NCBI RefSeq assembly: GCF_006345805.1
Contig: NC_043010.1
Location: 9,238,001-9,302,000, forward strand
From: Octopus sinensis
Taxonomy: Eukaryota
Length of the DNA: 64,000 nt
Direction of reading: 5' to 3'
Part shown: positions 26,897-40,258 of the stretch, piece after piece
How the letters are laid out: each line of letters starts with the position of its first letter
Position numbering within the stretch: the stretch's first letter is position 1
Translations under genes and position numbers: made by a program
Notes under the pieces: generated by a model
Seen by the model: only the letters and a program-made list of their open reading frames with translations
Told to the model about the DNA's origin: nothing
Database searches by the model: none

Positions 26897-27295
26897 AGGC
26901 GCAGGAGTGGCTGTGTGGTAAGTAGCTTGCTAACCAACCACATGGTTCCGGGTTCAGTCCCACTGCGTGGCATCTTGGGCAAGTGTCTTCTGCTATAGCC
27001 CCGGGCCGACCAATGCCTTGTGAGTGGATTTGGTAAACGGAAACTGGAAGAAGCCTGTTGTATATATGTATATATACATATGTATGTGTGTGTGTTTGTG
27101 TGTCTGTGTTGCTTGACAACCAATGCTGGTGTGTTTACGTCCCCGTCACTTAGTGGTTCGGCAAAAGAGACCGATAGAATAAGTACTGGGCTTACAAAGA
27201 ATAAGTCCCGGGGTCGATTTGCTCGACTAAAGGCAGTGCTCCAGCATGGCCGCAGTCAAATGACTGAAACAAGTAAAAGAGAAAGAGTAAAGAGT
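26897..27295 (+). mobile_element. SINE family A, full length
   Basis: Consensus match. Confidence 0.9.
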
Positions 27296-27620
27296 ATATA
27301 TATTATATAAAATCCGTTCTGTCTGTGTGTGTGTGTCTTCTAGGATCTCGGGCATCCTCCATCCGATTGCGCTCAAATTTGATATGTAGATACATTGTTT
27401 TGAATTTATCCTGCATTATCCTGCAGCCTTGAGATTTTGATTATGCAACTGTTTATGTTCAAAATGGCATTCTAGGGTAGGTGTGAGATGCTAGGTCTGG
27501 CCAGTTTGAACATTAAACATGTAGAATAATTTGGGCGGACATGACCAGTTTAAATGCTAAAGGGTTAAGGTATTGGACCCCTAGACCTATGAGGTTCTAG
27601 GGACCCAACTGTAATCTAAG

Positions 27621-27968
27621 GGTGCTATGTCTTTTCGTCCGACGTCACTTTGTCAAATGTCTTTTCGTCCATATCTTTTTGTCCAACATTTTTCTGTCCA
27701 ACAACAAAATTTACAAAGGCAAAAAGAATCTTGTTATTTTTATTATAACCATATTTTGGTTATTTTTACTATTTTGTTGTAATGGGTTGTCTGGAAAGTT
27801 TGTGCCAATAAAATTCTCACTGATTATTTGATTTTTATGTTCACGTTGTTTTCTAATGAGTTTATTTAAAATTAGACAAAAAATCGTAGGACAAAAAAAT
27901 CATTGGACAAAAAGACATCAGACCAAAATATGTGGACGAAATGACAATGGGCGAAAAGTTGGGTCACA
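27621..27968. mobile_element. Mutator-like non-autonomous element
   Basis: GTAATCTAAG direct repeat at 27611-27620 and 27969-27978 (9-10 bp TSD); imperfect TIRs built from ~15-bp periodic TTTT(C)GTCC / GGAC(G)AAAA units. Confidence 0.7.
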
Positions 27969-28545
27969 GTAATCTAAGTATACGGTGATTTGCTGTCAAT
28001 ACATAAATACAGTAAGACCGAGTGCATTGATTTGCTCAAGGTCCCATTATATTGTTAAGATGGTCCTTCTTTTAGCCAAAGAGTGAGCTTTTGTGAAATC
28101 ACACCGCTTGCTAGAAATAGCAACAAAATCTCTCTGAAATCTCATTCTTCTGTCTAAAGAAAAATGAATAAAAAAGAAAATAGGATGGACACGTTGGGTG
28201 TTCTTGACTGAATTAAAATCCCAATAAAGATGAGATGGGGATAGCTGGAATGCCATTGATCACATATTTGCTTAATCAAGACTGACTTAGGCTGAAGCAT
28301 TGACAACAACAGAAATGGTAACTGTTGTCCAAATCATTTCGAAATTACAAAGAACTTTTACATTAGATATCCAGTTTCGTGAACACAGAACCCCATTGCT
28401 ATCACTGCAGTGACGGACTATTTTGTTATATCAAAGGACAGTAAAATTCCATGACTGGAGTCAGGACACACACTCACACACACACACACACATGTGCGTA
28501 TGCATTCACACATACATATACACAAACATACATACATGCATACAT

Positions 28546-28924
28546 GGAAGCACTCTGTCGGTTACGACGACGAGGGTTCCGGTTGATCCGAATCAACGGA
28601 ACAGCCTGCTTGTGAAATTAACATGTAAGTGGCTGAGCACTCCGCAGACACATGCACCCTTAACGTAGTTCTCGGAGATATTCAGCGTGACACAGAGAGT
28701 GACAAGGCCGGCCCTTTGAAATACAGGTGCAACAGAAACAGGAAGTAAGAGTGAGAGAAAGTTGTGAAAGAGTACAGCAGGGATCACCACCATCCCCTGC
28801 CGGAGCCTCATGGAGCTTTAGGTGTTTTCGCTCAATAAACACTCACAACGCCCGGTCTGGGAATCGAAACCGCAATCCTATGACCGTGAGTCCACTGCCC
28901 TAACCACTGGGCCATTGCGCCTCC
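28546..28924 (-). mobile_element. SINE family D (tRNA-derived head)
   Basis: Minus strand GGAGGCGCAATGGCCCAGTGGTTAGGGCAGTGGACTCACGGTC...GGTTTCGATTCCC with A and B boxes. Confidence 0.85.
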
Positions 28925-29554
28925 ATATGCATGCATACATACAGACATACATACATACATGTACGTATATGTGTGTATGCATATACATACGTACGTACAT
29001 ACATACATACATACATACATACATACACACATACATACATACATGCATGCATTCATACATACATACATACATACATACATGCATGCATTCATACATACAT
29101 ACATACATACATATGCATACCTGAACCCCAATAGCTCTCAGTAATGACTTTATCCCTATCAAAGACTATCTTAAGGCACAAAACAGCCAGGAGAAGTTCA
29201 GAAAGAAAAACAGACAAATAAAACAAGGTCATGAGAGAAAATTCCTGATAGAATTCAGAATTCGGTACCAATAATTATTTTCAAAAATCTAGATGACTAA
29301 ATTAAGTTCCAGAGGGGGAAAAATGACAGGTGTTATTGATAAGTTTGTGGTATAGTCCAATGACCTAGTATCAGCAAGAATTCAGTACTAATAATTTATT
29401 CTTGTCTCTTGGAGCATAATTAATGGATCTTGCTGACAGGAATATGGTCTAATCTTATGACCTGCTTTCCAGCAAGGATTTGGTGCTGATAAAATATTCT
29501 CAGCAAAATAGAAGACTAAAAGAAAGTCTTGAGGTGATATTAATAGATGTTATT

Positions 29555-30512
29555 GGCGGCAAGCTGGCAGAAATGTTAGCATGCTGGGTAAAATGCTTAG
29601 CGCTATTTTCATCTGTCTTTATGTTCTGAGTTCACATTCTGTCGGTTTTTTTGGTTATTTTTACTAATCAAAATATGGTTACTAAAATAACTAATATGGT
29701 TATTTTACTCCTCATGTTAGTAAATTTACAAAAGGCAAAAACAATTTTGTTATTTTTATTATAACCATATTTTGGTTATTTTTACTATTTTGTTGTATTG
29801 GGTTGTCCGGAAAGTTTATGCCAATTTATAGTAGCTTACCTTTCAGAACATTTTATTTTAGAACATGATTGAGTCCATAAAATAGGATTTGACTACACCT
29901 CCATTTAGAGCATAGTTTAAGCTATCTTTTCGTGGAAGAAGGTTTATGTTCCTATAACCTATGTTAATTCTGTAACCCTTTAAAATGGAAGATAAGAAAG
30001 TTCATTTTTGGCACTTGTTGTTTTGGGAACCAGACAAAAATTACTTCAGCTCGGCTGGGATGTGTTACCCCACCCTCCATATTCACCAGATATTGCTCCT
30101 TTGGATTTCCACTTATTCAGGTCTCTGCAGAATTGTCTTAATTGTAAAATTTTAATTCCTTGGATGACGTAAAAAGATACCTTGAATTATTTGTTATGAA
30201 ACCTTATCAATTCTGAGAAAAGAGTATTTTCAAGTTAAAGGAAAGATGGGGACGCATTGTGCAACAAAATGGTTCATATTTGGTTGATTAAAAATGTAAT
30301 GGCAAGTATTTATTGATCTTTTCTTTCATTTAAAAATCGGCACGAACTTTCCAAACAACCCATTATTAATAATATGGTTGATTTTAACTGTTATACTTTC
30401 GTTCTTTTGGGTTTGATAAATTAAGTACCAGTTGCATACTGGGGTCGATCTAATCGACTGCCTCCCCCCCTTCCCCCAAAATTTTGGGCCTTGTCCCTAG
30501 AGTAGAAAAGAA
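29555..30512 (+). mobile_element. SINE family B interrupted by nested insertions
   Basis: Head 29555-29643; body resumes at 30397 (TTTCGTTCTTTTGGG...AAGTACCAGTT). Confidence 0.8.
29798..30363 (+). mobile_element. Internally deleted mariner transposon
   Basis: TA-flanked ~30-bp TIRs TTGGGTTGTCCGGAAAGTTTATGCCAATTT / AAATCGGCACGAACTTTCCAAACAACCCAT; encodes [24 protein letters not shown] (mariner YSPDLAPxD motif) from ~30062. Confidence 0.9.
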
Positions 30513-30746
30513 TATGGTATAATCCAAAAACTCAGTATCAGCAAGGATTCAATGCTCTTAATAATTGTTTTATAATTAAAGCTCAGCATCAGCTGTTTGT
30601 AGAGAGGTCAATTTATTTTACTTATTTTTATTTTATCAACATGAAAGGATGAAAGGCAAAGTTTACTTTGACAAATGGAAGAGAAGGTGAAAATTAATAG
30701 AATCAACATCATCATATGACTTGTATTAATTTCATCAACCTCTGCT

Positions 30747-31525
30747 GTATAACAGTTAAAATCAACCATATTATTAATGTAACAAAATAGTAAAAAATAA
30801 CCAAAATATGGTTATAATAAAAATAACAAAATTCTTTTTGCATTTTGAAAATTTACTAACATGAGGAGTAAAAAAAAAACCATATTAGTTATTTTACTAA
30901 CCATATTTTGATTAGTAAAATTTGCTAACATATAGTTAGAGTGAAAATAACTGTATATACTCTTTTACTCTTTTACTTGTTTCAGACATTTGACTGCAGC
31001 CATGCTGGAGCACCACCTTTAGTCGAGCAAATCGACCCCAGGACTTATTCTTTGTAAGCTTAAAATTTATTTTATCAGTCTCTTTCACTGAACCGCTAAG
31101 TTGCGGGGACATAAACACACAAGCATCGGTTGTCAAGCAATGTTGGGAGGAGGGGGGGGGCAAACACAGACACACAAACACGCACACATATATATACGAC
31201 GGGCTTCTTTCAGTTTCCGTCTACCAAATCCTGAGGCTATAGTAGAAGACACTTGCCCAAGGTGCCACGCAGTGGAACTGAACCCAGAACCATGTGGTTG
31301 GTAAGCAAGCTACTAACCCTAACCACACAGCCATTCCTGTGCCTGGTTATAATAAAAATAAAATTCTTTTTACATTTTATATTTTGATTAGTAAAAATAA
31401 CCAAAATATGGCTATAGTGAAAAAATCATATTTTGGTTATTCTTCCTAACCAAAATATAACTAATATAGTTATTTTACTCTTCATATTCGTAAAATAACA
31501 AAATGCAAAAAGGATTTTGTTATTT
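30747..31525. repeat. AT-rich repeat built of AACCATAT/ATATGGTT motifs, interrupted by SINE A
   Basis: Blocks 30747-30920 and ~31345-31525 share motifs in both orientations; inverted copy at 29644-30396. Confidence 0.65.
30960..31344 (-). mobile_element. SINE family A
   Basis: Consensus match with small internal deletion. Confidence 0.88.
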
Positions 31526-31551
31526 CTCAACAAAATCCTTTTTGCATCTCC

Positions 31552-31740
31552 CTTACAATGCAAAAAGGAAAAAGTTAAAATGTTTATATTTTTCAGGCAA
31601 AGAAATGCGACTCAAAACAATACTGTCTATGGTAATCATTGTATGGCCTGTACTATATAGACTAACATTACTTATGATGAAGGGATTTTGTGCCTGAGAT
31701 ATATAAAGGTTATAAAGCTTTTACCTTTTTGCATTGTAAG
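31552..31740. mobile_element. MITE-like element with ~50-bp imperfect TIRs
   Basis: CTTACAATGCAAAAAGGAAAAAG...TCAGGCA versus TGCCTGA...CTTTTACCTTTTTGCATTGTAAG; no clear TSD. Confidence 0.65.
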
Positions 31741-33074
31741 AAGTTCTTCATCTTCACTATTTTTTTTTCTTTTTACTTGTTTATTACAATGCTTCGAGCA
31801 GGCTACAAATGCTCTTAACCATATCAGTATGTAAAATCAGAATAGAGAGGGATAAAACTAAATACTGTAGAACGTACAGAAAGTAATGACAGGTTCATGT
31901 ACATTTTCAATTATGCCACCGTCCTCTGGTAATTATCTCTTTCCGCTTTGACTGTTGTCCACTCCCTGCATGTGTTTCATCTTGAGACGTTCTTCTCCTC
32001 TCATGCAATGTTCACTACAAGAGGGCAATTATGCTGGAGGGTGCACTGGCACCAAACATAGTTGAAGATGTTGATATATCATGGAATAATATTGTTTTTT
32101 GATAAGTTCTCGAAAAAGGTTAGTAAGAGATCAAACTTTTTTTTCCCATGTGCAAACTGTGTACATCTGTCATTAAGACAAGATGAATGGACATGAATTT
32201 GGGAGAAGTTTTTGTGCTGTGTGTGTCTGTGCAGGTATATGCAATGCATGTGTGTATGTAGGTGTTTGTAATGTATGTTTGTGTATATATATATGTGTAT
32301 GGGCATATATCTATGTATATATGTTTTTTACATGCTTCGTGTTATTAGCCTGCAGCTAAGCTGGGACACTGCTTTGAAGAATTTTTAGTCGAGTGAATAA
32401 ACCCCAGGACTTATTTTTATTAAACCTGGTATTTATTCTATCAGTCGTTTTTGCCAAACCATTAAGACATGGGGACATAAACACACCAACACTGGTCATT
32501 AAGACATGGGGACAAAAACACACACACACACAGGTACAAAGACATATACATAGGTACAAAGACGTACACACTACACACACACACATGCACACACGCACAA
32601 ACACACACACACACACACGAACACATACACACATATATTCAACAGGCTTGTTTCAGTTTCTGTCTACCAAAACCACTCACAGGTCTTTGGTTGGTCTGAG
32701 GCTATAATAGAAAATACTTGCCCAAGGTGCTACACAGTGGGATTGAACCCAGAACCATATGGTTGGGAAGCAAGCTTCTTACCATGCAGCCAAGCCTGTG
32801 CCTATATGAGCATGTATATATATGTACATATGTATGCATTCTAGTATGTGCATATGTCATATGCATGTATATATATTTACACATGTATGCTGAAAGCCAG
32901 TGGCTGTTAATATAAATGCTAAGTGTGATATTTGTGTCACTCAAATTAAACAACTTCTTATTTCATTCAATATCAAAAATGCAAATGAACCAGTGACTGA
33001 CCTTTGGAAACATATGACCGATGATTCTATTTTTCCCCTGATATGGTACAAAATAAACAAAAATAAATCTGATT

Positions 33075-33490
33075 AGGCACAGGAGTGGCTGTGTGGTAAG
33101 TAGCTTGCTAACCAGCCACATGGTTCCGGGTTCAGTCCCACTGCGTGGCATCTTGGGCAAATGTCTTCTGCTATAGTCCCGGGCCGACCAATGCCTTGTG
33201 AGTGGATTTGGTAGACGGAAACTGAAAGAAGCCCGTCGTGTATATGTATATATATATATGTATGTGTGTGTATGTGTTTGTGTGTCTGTGTTTGTCTCCC
33301 TAGCATTGCTTGACAACCGATGCTGGTGTGTTTACGTCCCCGTCACTTAGCGGTTCGGCAAAAGAGACCGATAGAATAAGTACTGGGCTTACAAAAAGAA
33401 TAAGTCCCGGGGTCGAGTTGCTCGATTAAAGGCGGTGCTCCAGCATGGCCGCAGTCAAATGACTGAAACAAGTAAAAGAGTAAAAGAGTA
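33075..33490 (+). mobile_element. SINE family A, full length
   Basis: Consensus match; an older inverted copy lies at ~32340-32803. Confidence 0.9.
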
Positions 33491-34638
33491 TTGGCTTATT
33501 TTGAATTCTGTGCTCTGTAGCTTTGTCTTCCGGTCATTTTCTGGGGAAAATGTTAAAGCTAAGATTAATAAGAATTGAGTTCCGAATTGTAAAGCAAAAA
33601 CCTCTATTGCCAGACATCATTACACTTCCAGGTTTTCTAATAGCTTTTTATGTCTTCCTGTATTTTGTTTATTCTTATTAAGGCTACCAAGAAAAAAATA
33701 AGAACAATCTATTTATTGAGCTCCCATGCAGTTTCTTGACAGATGAAATTTCAATCACAAAGTTTTAGGAAACCTGAAGTGCTGCACAATACAGTTAAAC
33801 TTGAAACCAGGTACTCATGTTTGTATGTATCCTGATTGTGGAGTTGCTGAGGTATTACTGCCTTGTCCTCATAACTGATGATACTAGATACTGATTAGAA
33901 TCTGGCATCATCTGTGGACAGCTAAACATTCCCAAAGTGACTATCAGCTGGCCTCTAAATAAAATATCTAACGTCAGATATGTTAACGCTAATGTTATCA
34001 GAAACACTTTGGCTAGTTAAAGCAAAAGGATAATAATGATAAAAATGATAACGATAATGATGATGATGATGATGATGATAAAGATGAATTATCCAAATAC
34101 ATATTTTGATAAAACAAAACTAAAAGAGAAAGATAGTCATTTGTTATTGTTTTTTTTTTTGTTTTTGTTTTTATTTAAATGTCAACGTAACCAGAGAGGT
34201 GTGAAAACCATAGCAAATGCTTATCAACATCTGAAATGATACATTTCCTCTGACTAATCATTTTCATAACAGAAATATCAGTAAGTGAAAGGAAAATTGG
34301 ACAACCATCAAGCCAACCAGCCAACCGTGGTTATGCGTATATATTTCACTACTTACAGGATGAGGCAATTTGCAGCGTTTGAGGGCAAGACATTTCTCAG
34401 TTTGCCTAGCTAAGCTGTGAAAAGCAATATAGAGTAGATGGTATAGATTTCTAAGTATAGCACGTAGTTAATTGATTAAAGCTCTATCCAGGAAGAATTG
34501 TTCCGCATCTCTAAAATGAAATTAAACCCTGCTGCTTAGGACCCATGTCTTTCCTTCATCTTGAAAAAATACTTTTTTCCATCTACTTTTCTGCCTATGA
34601 TAGTAAATTAGTTGACTGACACTATTAATGTTTATAAA

Positions 34639-35095
34639 TCATCATCATCATCATCGTTTAACGTCTGCTTTCCATGCTGGCATGGGTTGGACGGTTCAAC
34701 TGGGGCCTGGGAAGCCAGAAGGCTGCACCAGGCCCAGTCTGATCTGTCAGTGTTTCTACAGCTGGATGCCCTTCCAAACGCCAACCACTCCGTGAGTGTA
34801 GTGGGTGCTTTTTACATGCCACCGGCACAGGTGCCAGACAAGGCTGGCAAACAGCCATGATCGGATGGTCCTTTTTACGTGCCACCGGCACGGGGACCAG
34901 ACGAAGCTGGCAACGGCCACGGTCGGATGGTGCTTTTTACGTGCCACCGGCATGGATGCCTGTCAGGCGGTGCTGGCTATGGCCACGTTTGGATGGTTCT
35001 CTTACGTGCCACCAGCACTGGTATCACAGCTACAAATTCCATTGATGTTGACAGATTACGATTTTGATTTTCACTTGCCTCAACAGGTCTTCACA
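34639..35095 (-). mobile_element. SINE-like family C
   Basis: Tail, core and ~60-bp units present. Confidence 0.85.
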
Positions 35096-35097
35096 AG

Positions 35098-35473
35098 TGG
35101 TATAAATAATATAGTTAAATTTTAAACAGAAGTAGGCTTTGAAATAAAACCCAGTGATCCTTTCAAGGGTTGATCTTTCACTTTGAGCCACCCAGATGTC
35201 ATGGAAAATAGGACAAGCTCTAGCCAAAAACGTTTAAGATAGAGAAGCATAATATATATTCTATATAACTGAGATCTTCAATAACAATCATCAATAACAA
35301 TCTAGACAACACATATCCTATATAGCTAATATTCATCACTGTAACAAAACCCAGACAACTCATAACATATAAAGTTAACAATAACAACCCACACAAGATA
35401 TATATCATATATCTGACACTCTTCACTGTAATGCAATCAATATAGCCCATAGTATATACAATTACAAATAACA
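35098..35473 (-). mobile_element. Candidate 3' LTR of an LTR retrotransposon
   Basis: Minus strand: polypurine tract (AGA plus a G run) directly followed by TGTTA..., ending ...TACCA at 35098. No partner LTR in window. Confidence 0.45.
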
Positions 35474-35516
35474 CCCCCCCCTCTAAACTATAACTCCATT
35501 AGGAACTAACAGTATA

Positions 35517-35711
35517 TAAGGGGATGCTGAAAAGTTCCTGGCTTTAAGGGTATCGCAAAAGGCTTGTTTCTTTTACAAGGCTTAGAAAAACCGAAGGACT
35601 ACAGGAATAAATGTGTGAATCTAAGAGGGGAATATGTTGAATAAAATCATAATCAACTAATTCTCCTGTATTTTCTTTCATCTAAAGCCAAGAAGTTTTC
35701 AGCACCTTTCA
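35517..35711 (+). mobile_element. mariner-derived MITE
   Basis: TIRs GGGGATGCTGAAAAGTTCCTGGCTTTA / TAAAGCCAAGAAGTTTTCAGCACCTTTC; interior encodes a mariner-like C-terminus (NKCVNLRGEYVE*). Confidence 0.8.
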
Positions 35712-36248
35712 TTGATGTCAAGCCTATCACTGAGTGTCTATGACTGGTGTGAGTAAGGGAGGCAGTTATCTCTAAATTTGAGGCATTAACTTCAGTGCTT
35801 GTAACAGAATGGGACTCTAATGGTTTTAAACTGAACTTCAGATGATGTCTAGCACTCAAGAAGATCACTCCATAGAGTTTCCATCGATTTGTCTTATAAG
35901 CACCACACTGATTTTTGTGTCCATCTTTTTATAAGATAGTAGAGTGTGATTTGAGAGAAATTCAGCTGCTATTTCTAGTATTTCAAGTAACTACATAACA
36001 GTCCTCCAACAAGTTTAATTTTTGTATGTATTCTTTCAAAAATATTTGTGAATGTATGTATGGCTATGTTTTTGTAAATTCTGTTTCATTTCACAATCCT
36101 CTGGTTACAGAGTTGGTCTCAGTGTGTCACCTTGACCAATAGTTTCAGACTGAGCAATGACTCGTGAATAAAGTTTAAGAAATGGAAACTGTGCAGAAGC
36201 TTGCTGTATATGTATGTCTGCAAGTGCATACGTGTGCATGTATATATA

Positions 36249-36297
<49 letters not shown>

Positions 36298-37031
36298 AAA
36301 TGTCTCTTGCAACAAAGTATATTGGAAAAAGATGGAAGCATCAGTGAGAAAATTAATAATTTTGGTGCCTTTGAAGTAAGTCACTGCATGGCACCTTGGG
36401 CAAGTGTCTTCTACTATAGCCTCAGGCTGACCAAAGCCTTGTGAGTGGATTTGGTAGACGGAAACTGAAAGAAGCCCATCGTATATATGTATATATGTAT
36501 GTGTGTATATATGCTGCATATCTGTGTTTGTCCCCCCAACATCACTTGACAACTGATGCTGGTGTGTTTAGGTCCCTGTAACTTAGGGGTTCAGCAAAAG
36601 TGACCAATGGAATAAGTACTAGGCTTACAAAGAATAAGTCCTGGTGTCGATTTGATTCGACTAAAGGCGGTACTCCAGCATGGCCACAGTCAAATGACTG
36701 AAACAAGTAAAAGAATAGTATTTGTTCTGCACAAGTTTCACAGACACACCTTTTCAACCATTATAGATGCGGTGAATCAATGGCTGGTTCCTAGAAATCT
36801 AGTAACCGATGATATCATTGTTCAAAAATATATAAAATTCCATAAACAAAATAAATATTTTTAATTGTTCGTAATGAGCAGATGTTACAAAATGACTTAA
36901 GGGCAAAGATATTCATGCATTGGTACTTATCAAAATTACTTCAGATCTCGAGGATTACATTTATATAAAAACCATAATGATACAGTATTTACATTATTTA
37001 CAGATATTTGTCCTCATCTTGTTTGTTATCA

Positions 37032-37075
37032 ACACAACGTTTTGGCTGATATACCTTCCAGCCTTCTTCAGGTGT
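37032..37075 (-). ncRNA. Minimal hammerhead motif, probably inactivated (G12A)
   Basis: Minus strand ACAC-CTGAAGA-A-GGCTG gaaggtatat CAGCC-AAAA-CGT-T-GTGT: stems I and II intact, GAAA changed to AAAA. Confidence 0.65.
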
Positions 37076-37266
37076 CTTAGGGGAATTTTAAACTTAGTTT
37101 CTCATTCCCAAGGTATTTTTCGAGGCTATTAATATTATCATTATTATTATTATTGTTATTATTATTGTTTTTCAGGTCACTGCTTGGAATCGAACTTAGA
37201 ATCTTGAGGTTAGTAGCCCACACTCTTAACCACTACGCCATATGCCCGTGTGCATATATAAAAGAT

Positions 37267-37674
37267 CTCTTTTACTCTTTACTCTTTTACTTGTTTCAGT
37301 CATTGACTGCGGCCATGCTGGAGCACCGCCTTTAGTCGAGCAAATCGACCCCGGGACTTATTCTTTGTAAGCCCAGTACTTATTCTATCGGCCTCTTTTG
37401 CCGAACCGCTAAGTGATGGGCACGTAAACACACCAGCATCGGTTGTCAAGCAATGCTAGGGGGACAAACACAGAAACACAAACACACACATACATATATA
37501 TATATATACATATATACGACAGGCTTCTTTCAGTTTCCGTCTACCAAATCCACTCACAAGGCATTGGTCGGCCCGGGGCTATAGCAGAAGACACTTGCCC
37601 AAAATGCCACGCAGTGGGATTGAACCCAGAACCATGTGGTTGGTTAGCAAGCTACTTACCACACAGCCACTCCT
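37267..37674 (-). mobile_element. SINE family A, full length
   Basis: Consensus match. Confidence 0.9.
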
Positions 37675-38178
37675 ATATATATATTCTTAAATATAGAACA
37701 GCCATAATGATAATTCTTTGGATTGTTCTAGTCTAAATTACAAAAATATCGTTTTTACATAAGGTTATCTGGATAAATTATATAAATAAATATAAATAAG
37801 GTTTGATTGAAATCTCATAGCAAAGCTTGTGTATACTCGTGGAAACATTATTTAATAGAATGTCAATGCTTTCATTTGATAACTCACAGCAGTTATTTCA
37901 TATGCAACAAAACAAAATAAAAACAGATTTTTTGAAATACTTCATTGAGGTGCAAGTAGAATCAAGCACAGCTATAGTCAGATGCAGGCATGGCTGTGCA
38001 GTTAAGAAGACTGCTTTACAGTCATGTGGTTTCGTTTGATCTCAAAGTGCAGCACTTCAGGCAACTGTTTTTCTCTTGTGGCCTTGCAACAAGTGTAATT
38101 AGATAGTTATACAGGAGCCAGTCCTCTACGTGTGTGTGTATATGTGTGTGTATATGTTCATAAATCTTACTCTCTGAA

Positions 38179-38212
<34 letters not shown>

Positions 38213-38630
38213 TCTTTTACTCTTTTACTTGTTTCAGTCATTTGACTGCGGCCATGCTGGAGCACCTCCTTTAATCGAGCAACTCGACCCTGGAACTTAT
38301 TCTTTTGTAGGCCCAGTACTTATTCTATCGGTCTCTTTTACCGAACCGCTAAGTAACGGGGACATAAACACACCAGCATTGGTTGTCAAGCAATGCTAGG
38401 GGACAAACACAGACACACAATATATATATATATTATTCTTTTACTCTTTTACTGGTTTCAATCAGAGGTTGGGGCCATGCTGGAGCACCTATATATGTGT
38501 GTATGTTTGTCTGTACGTATGCGTGTGTATTTACTTACACATGCAACTGGTTTCCATTTCAATAAGTCTATAAGTATGCATATACATACATATATATGTC
38601 TGAGTGTATGTACATATATAAATATATATC

Positions 38631-38682
<52 letters not shown>

Positions 38683-38720
38683 TGTATCTATATATATATA
38701 TATATATAGTATTTGCATGA

Positions 38721-38895
38721 ACTTATATGTGCGGTCACAGATTGACCAATGGTCTCACATCCATAGACCACTTAGCTTTATAGATGACCCATCAGACTCC
38801 AATGCCATGGCCATTGGAGTCTGATGAGTCAGCAATGAAGCTAAGCACATTATGGATGCAAAACAAATAGTCATTCTATGACCGGACATGTAAGT
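38721..38895. repeat. ~175-bp imperfect palindrome (foldback/MITE-like)
   Basis: Inner stem GACCCATCAGACTCCAATG / CATTGGAGTCTGATGAGTC; pairing continues to outer ACTTATATGTGCGGTCA / TGACCGGACATGTAAGT. Confidence 0.85.
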
Positions 38896-39260
38896 AACTT
38901 CATGTATAGACATATATATATATATATATACATATATGCATACATATTTACATTCACACATACATACACATGTTTCATTTAGACATAAACTATTTTTCTA
39001 AAACCTTAATTGATAAAAGAAAAATAAATATTCTTCACAACCCAGGAATCAAATGGACATGATAGGTCAATAAGTAAGCAAGTTCCCTTTTCCTTGTATA
39101 TTATTGGTATATTTGGTTTATGATTTATCTTAACTTTTTGAATTAGAATACCCTATAAGATCTTGTCTTTTTCTGACTTGAGCACTCTTTTTGTTATCAT
39201 CATCATCGTCATCGTCGTCGTTGTTGTTGTTTTTGTTGTTGTTGTTGTTATTATTGTTGC

Positions 39261-39305
<45 letters not shown>

Positions 39306-39516
39306 CGTTATTATTATTATTGCTGTTATTATTATTCACCGATTTTATGTTCTGAGCTCAAATTCTGCCAAGGTTGACTTTGCCTTTCATCCTTTTGGGA
39401 TCGATAAAATAAGAACCTGTTGAGCACTGGAGTTGATGTAATCAACTTGCACCTTTTCCTGGAATTGCTGGCCTTGTGTCAAAATTTGAAATCATCATGA
39501 TCAGTATTATTATTAC

Positions 39517-39564
<48 letters not shown>

Positions 39565-39611
39565 CATTATTATTATCATTATTATCATTATTATTATTAT
39601 TATTATTATTA

Positions 39612-39651
<40 letters not shown>

Positions 39652-39706
39652 TACTATTTTATTATTATATATTATTATTATTATTATTATAATTATTATT
39701 ATTATT

Positions 39707-40258
39707 GAGTGAGAGAGCAGTTCATGCCATCAAAGTGACACCGGGGTAAAATATACGAAGCCCAGTATACCATCATGACTACCCGTCTGATAAAGGTACA
39801 CCAGGCACATGCATCACAACCATATGTGCACAACATGGTGATCTCATATCAAGAAAACAGCACATGACCTTGCAGGTGGGGCCCAGTTAGAATTTTCTTC
39901 AGGTTGAGTAGCCCATCCCGCTCAAAAGGTCCCTGATATGGGTTGTTTAAGGATGTTGAAAGAACCACCCATGTTTCCAGAGGTGAATTATTCAAACCCC
40001 AAAGAATCCCTCTCAACACATGGCTATGATGCTCCCCACTATTTCTGCTTGTGATCAGAGATGCACATATCGTCAGCCACTAAGGGACATGCTCAACTGG
40101 TTACGGTCAAACAACTGACAAGCAAATCTGTGGTATTGAGCAGAATTTTTGCTGTAAAACCCTCTTTTTATACCAAGACAAAACAATGTACATGATAACA
40201 CTTCCAATCAGTTAAGATCAGAAGCCATGAGAGCCACTGCCTGGTACTGCATCAGGGC

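Noticed and set aside
28860-28924. tRNA genes at SINE heads (families A and D)
   Set aside because: A and B boxes are present but there is no complete cloverleaf or acceptor stem, and they continue into repeat bodies.
38815-38845. CTGATGAG as a hammerhead core
   Set aside because: No GAAA or stem III follows; the motif is part of the palindrome stem. The same holds for CTGATGA at ~57035, and the one at ~24619 is SINE-derived.
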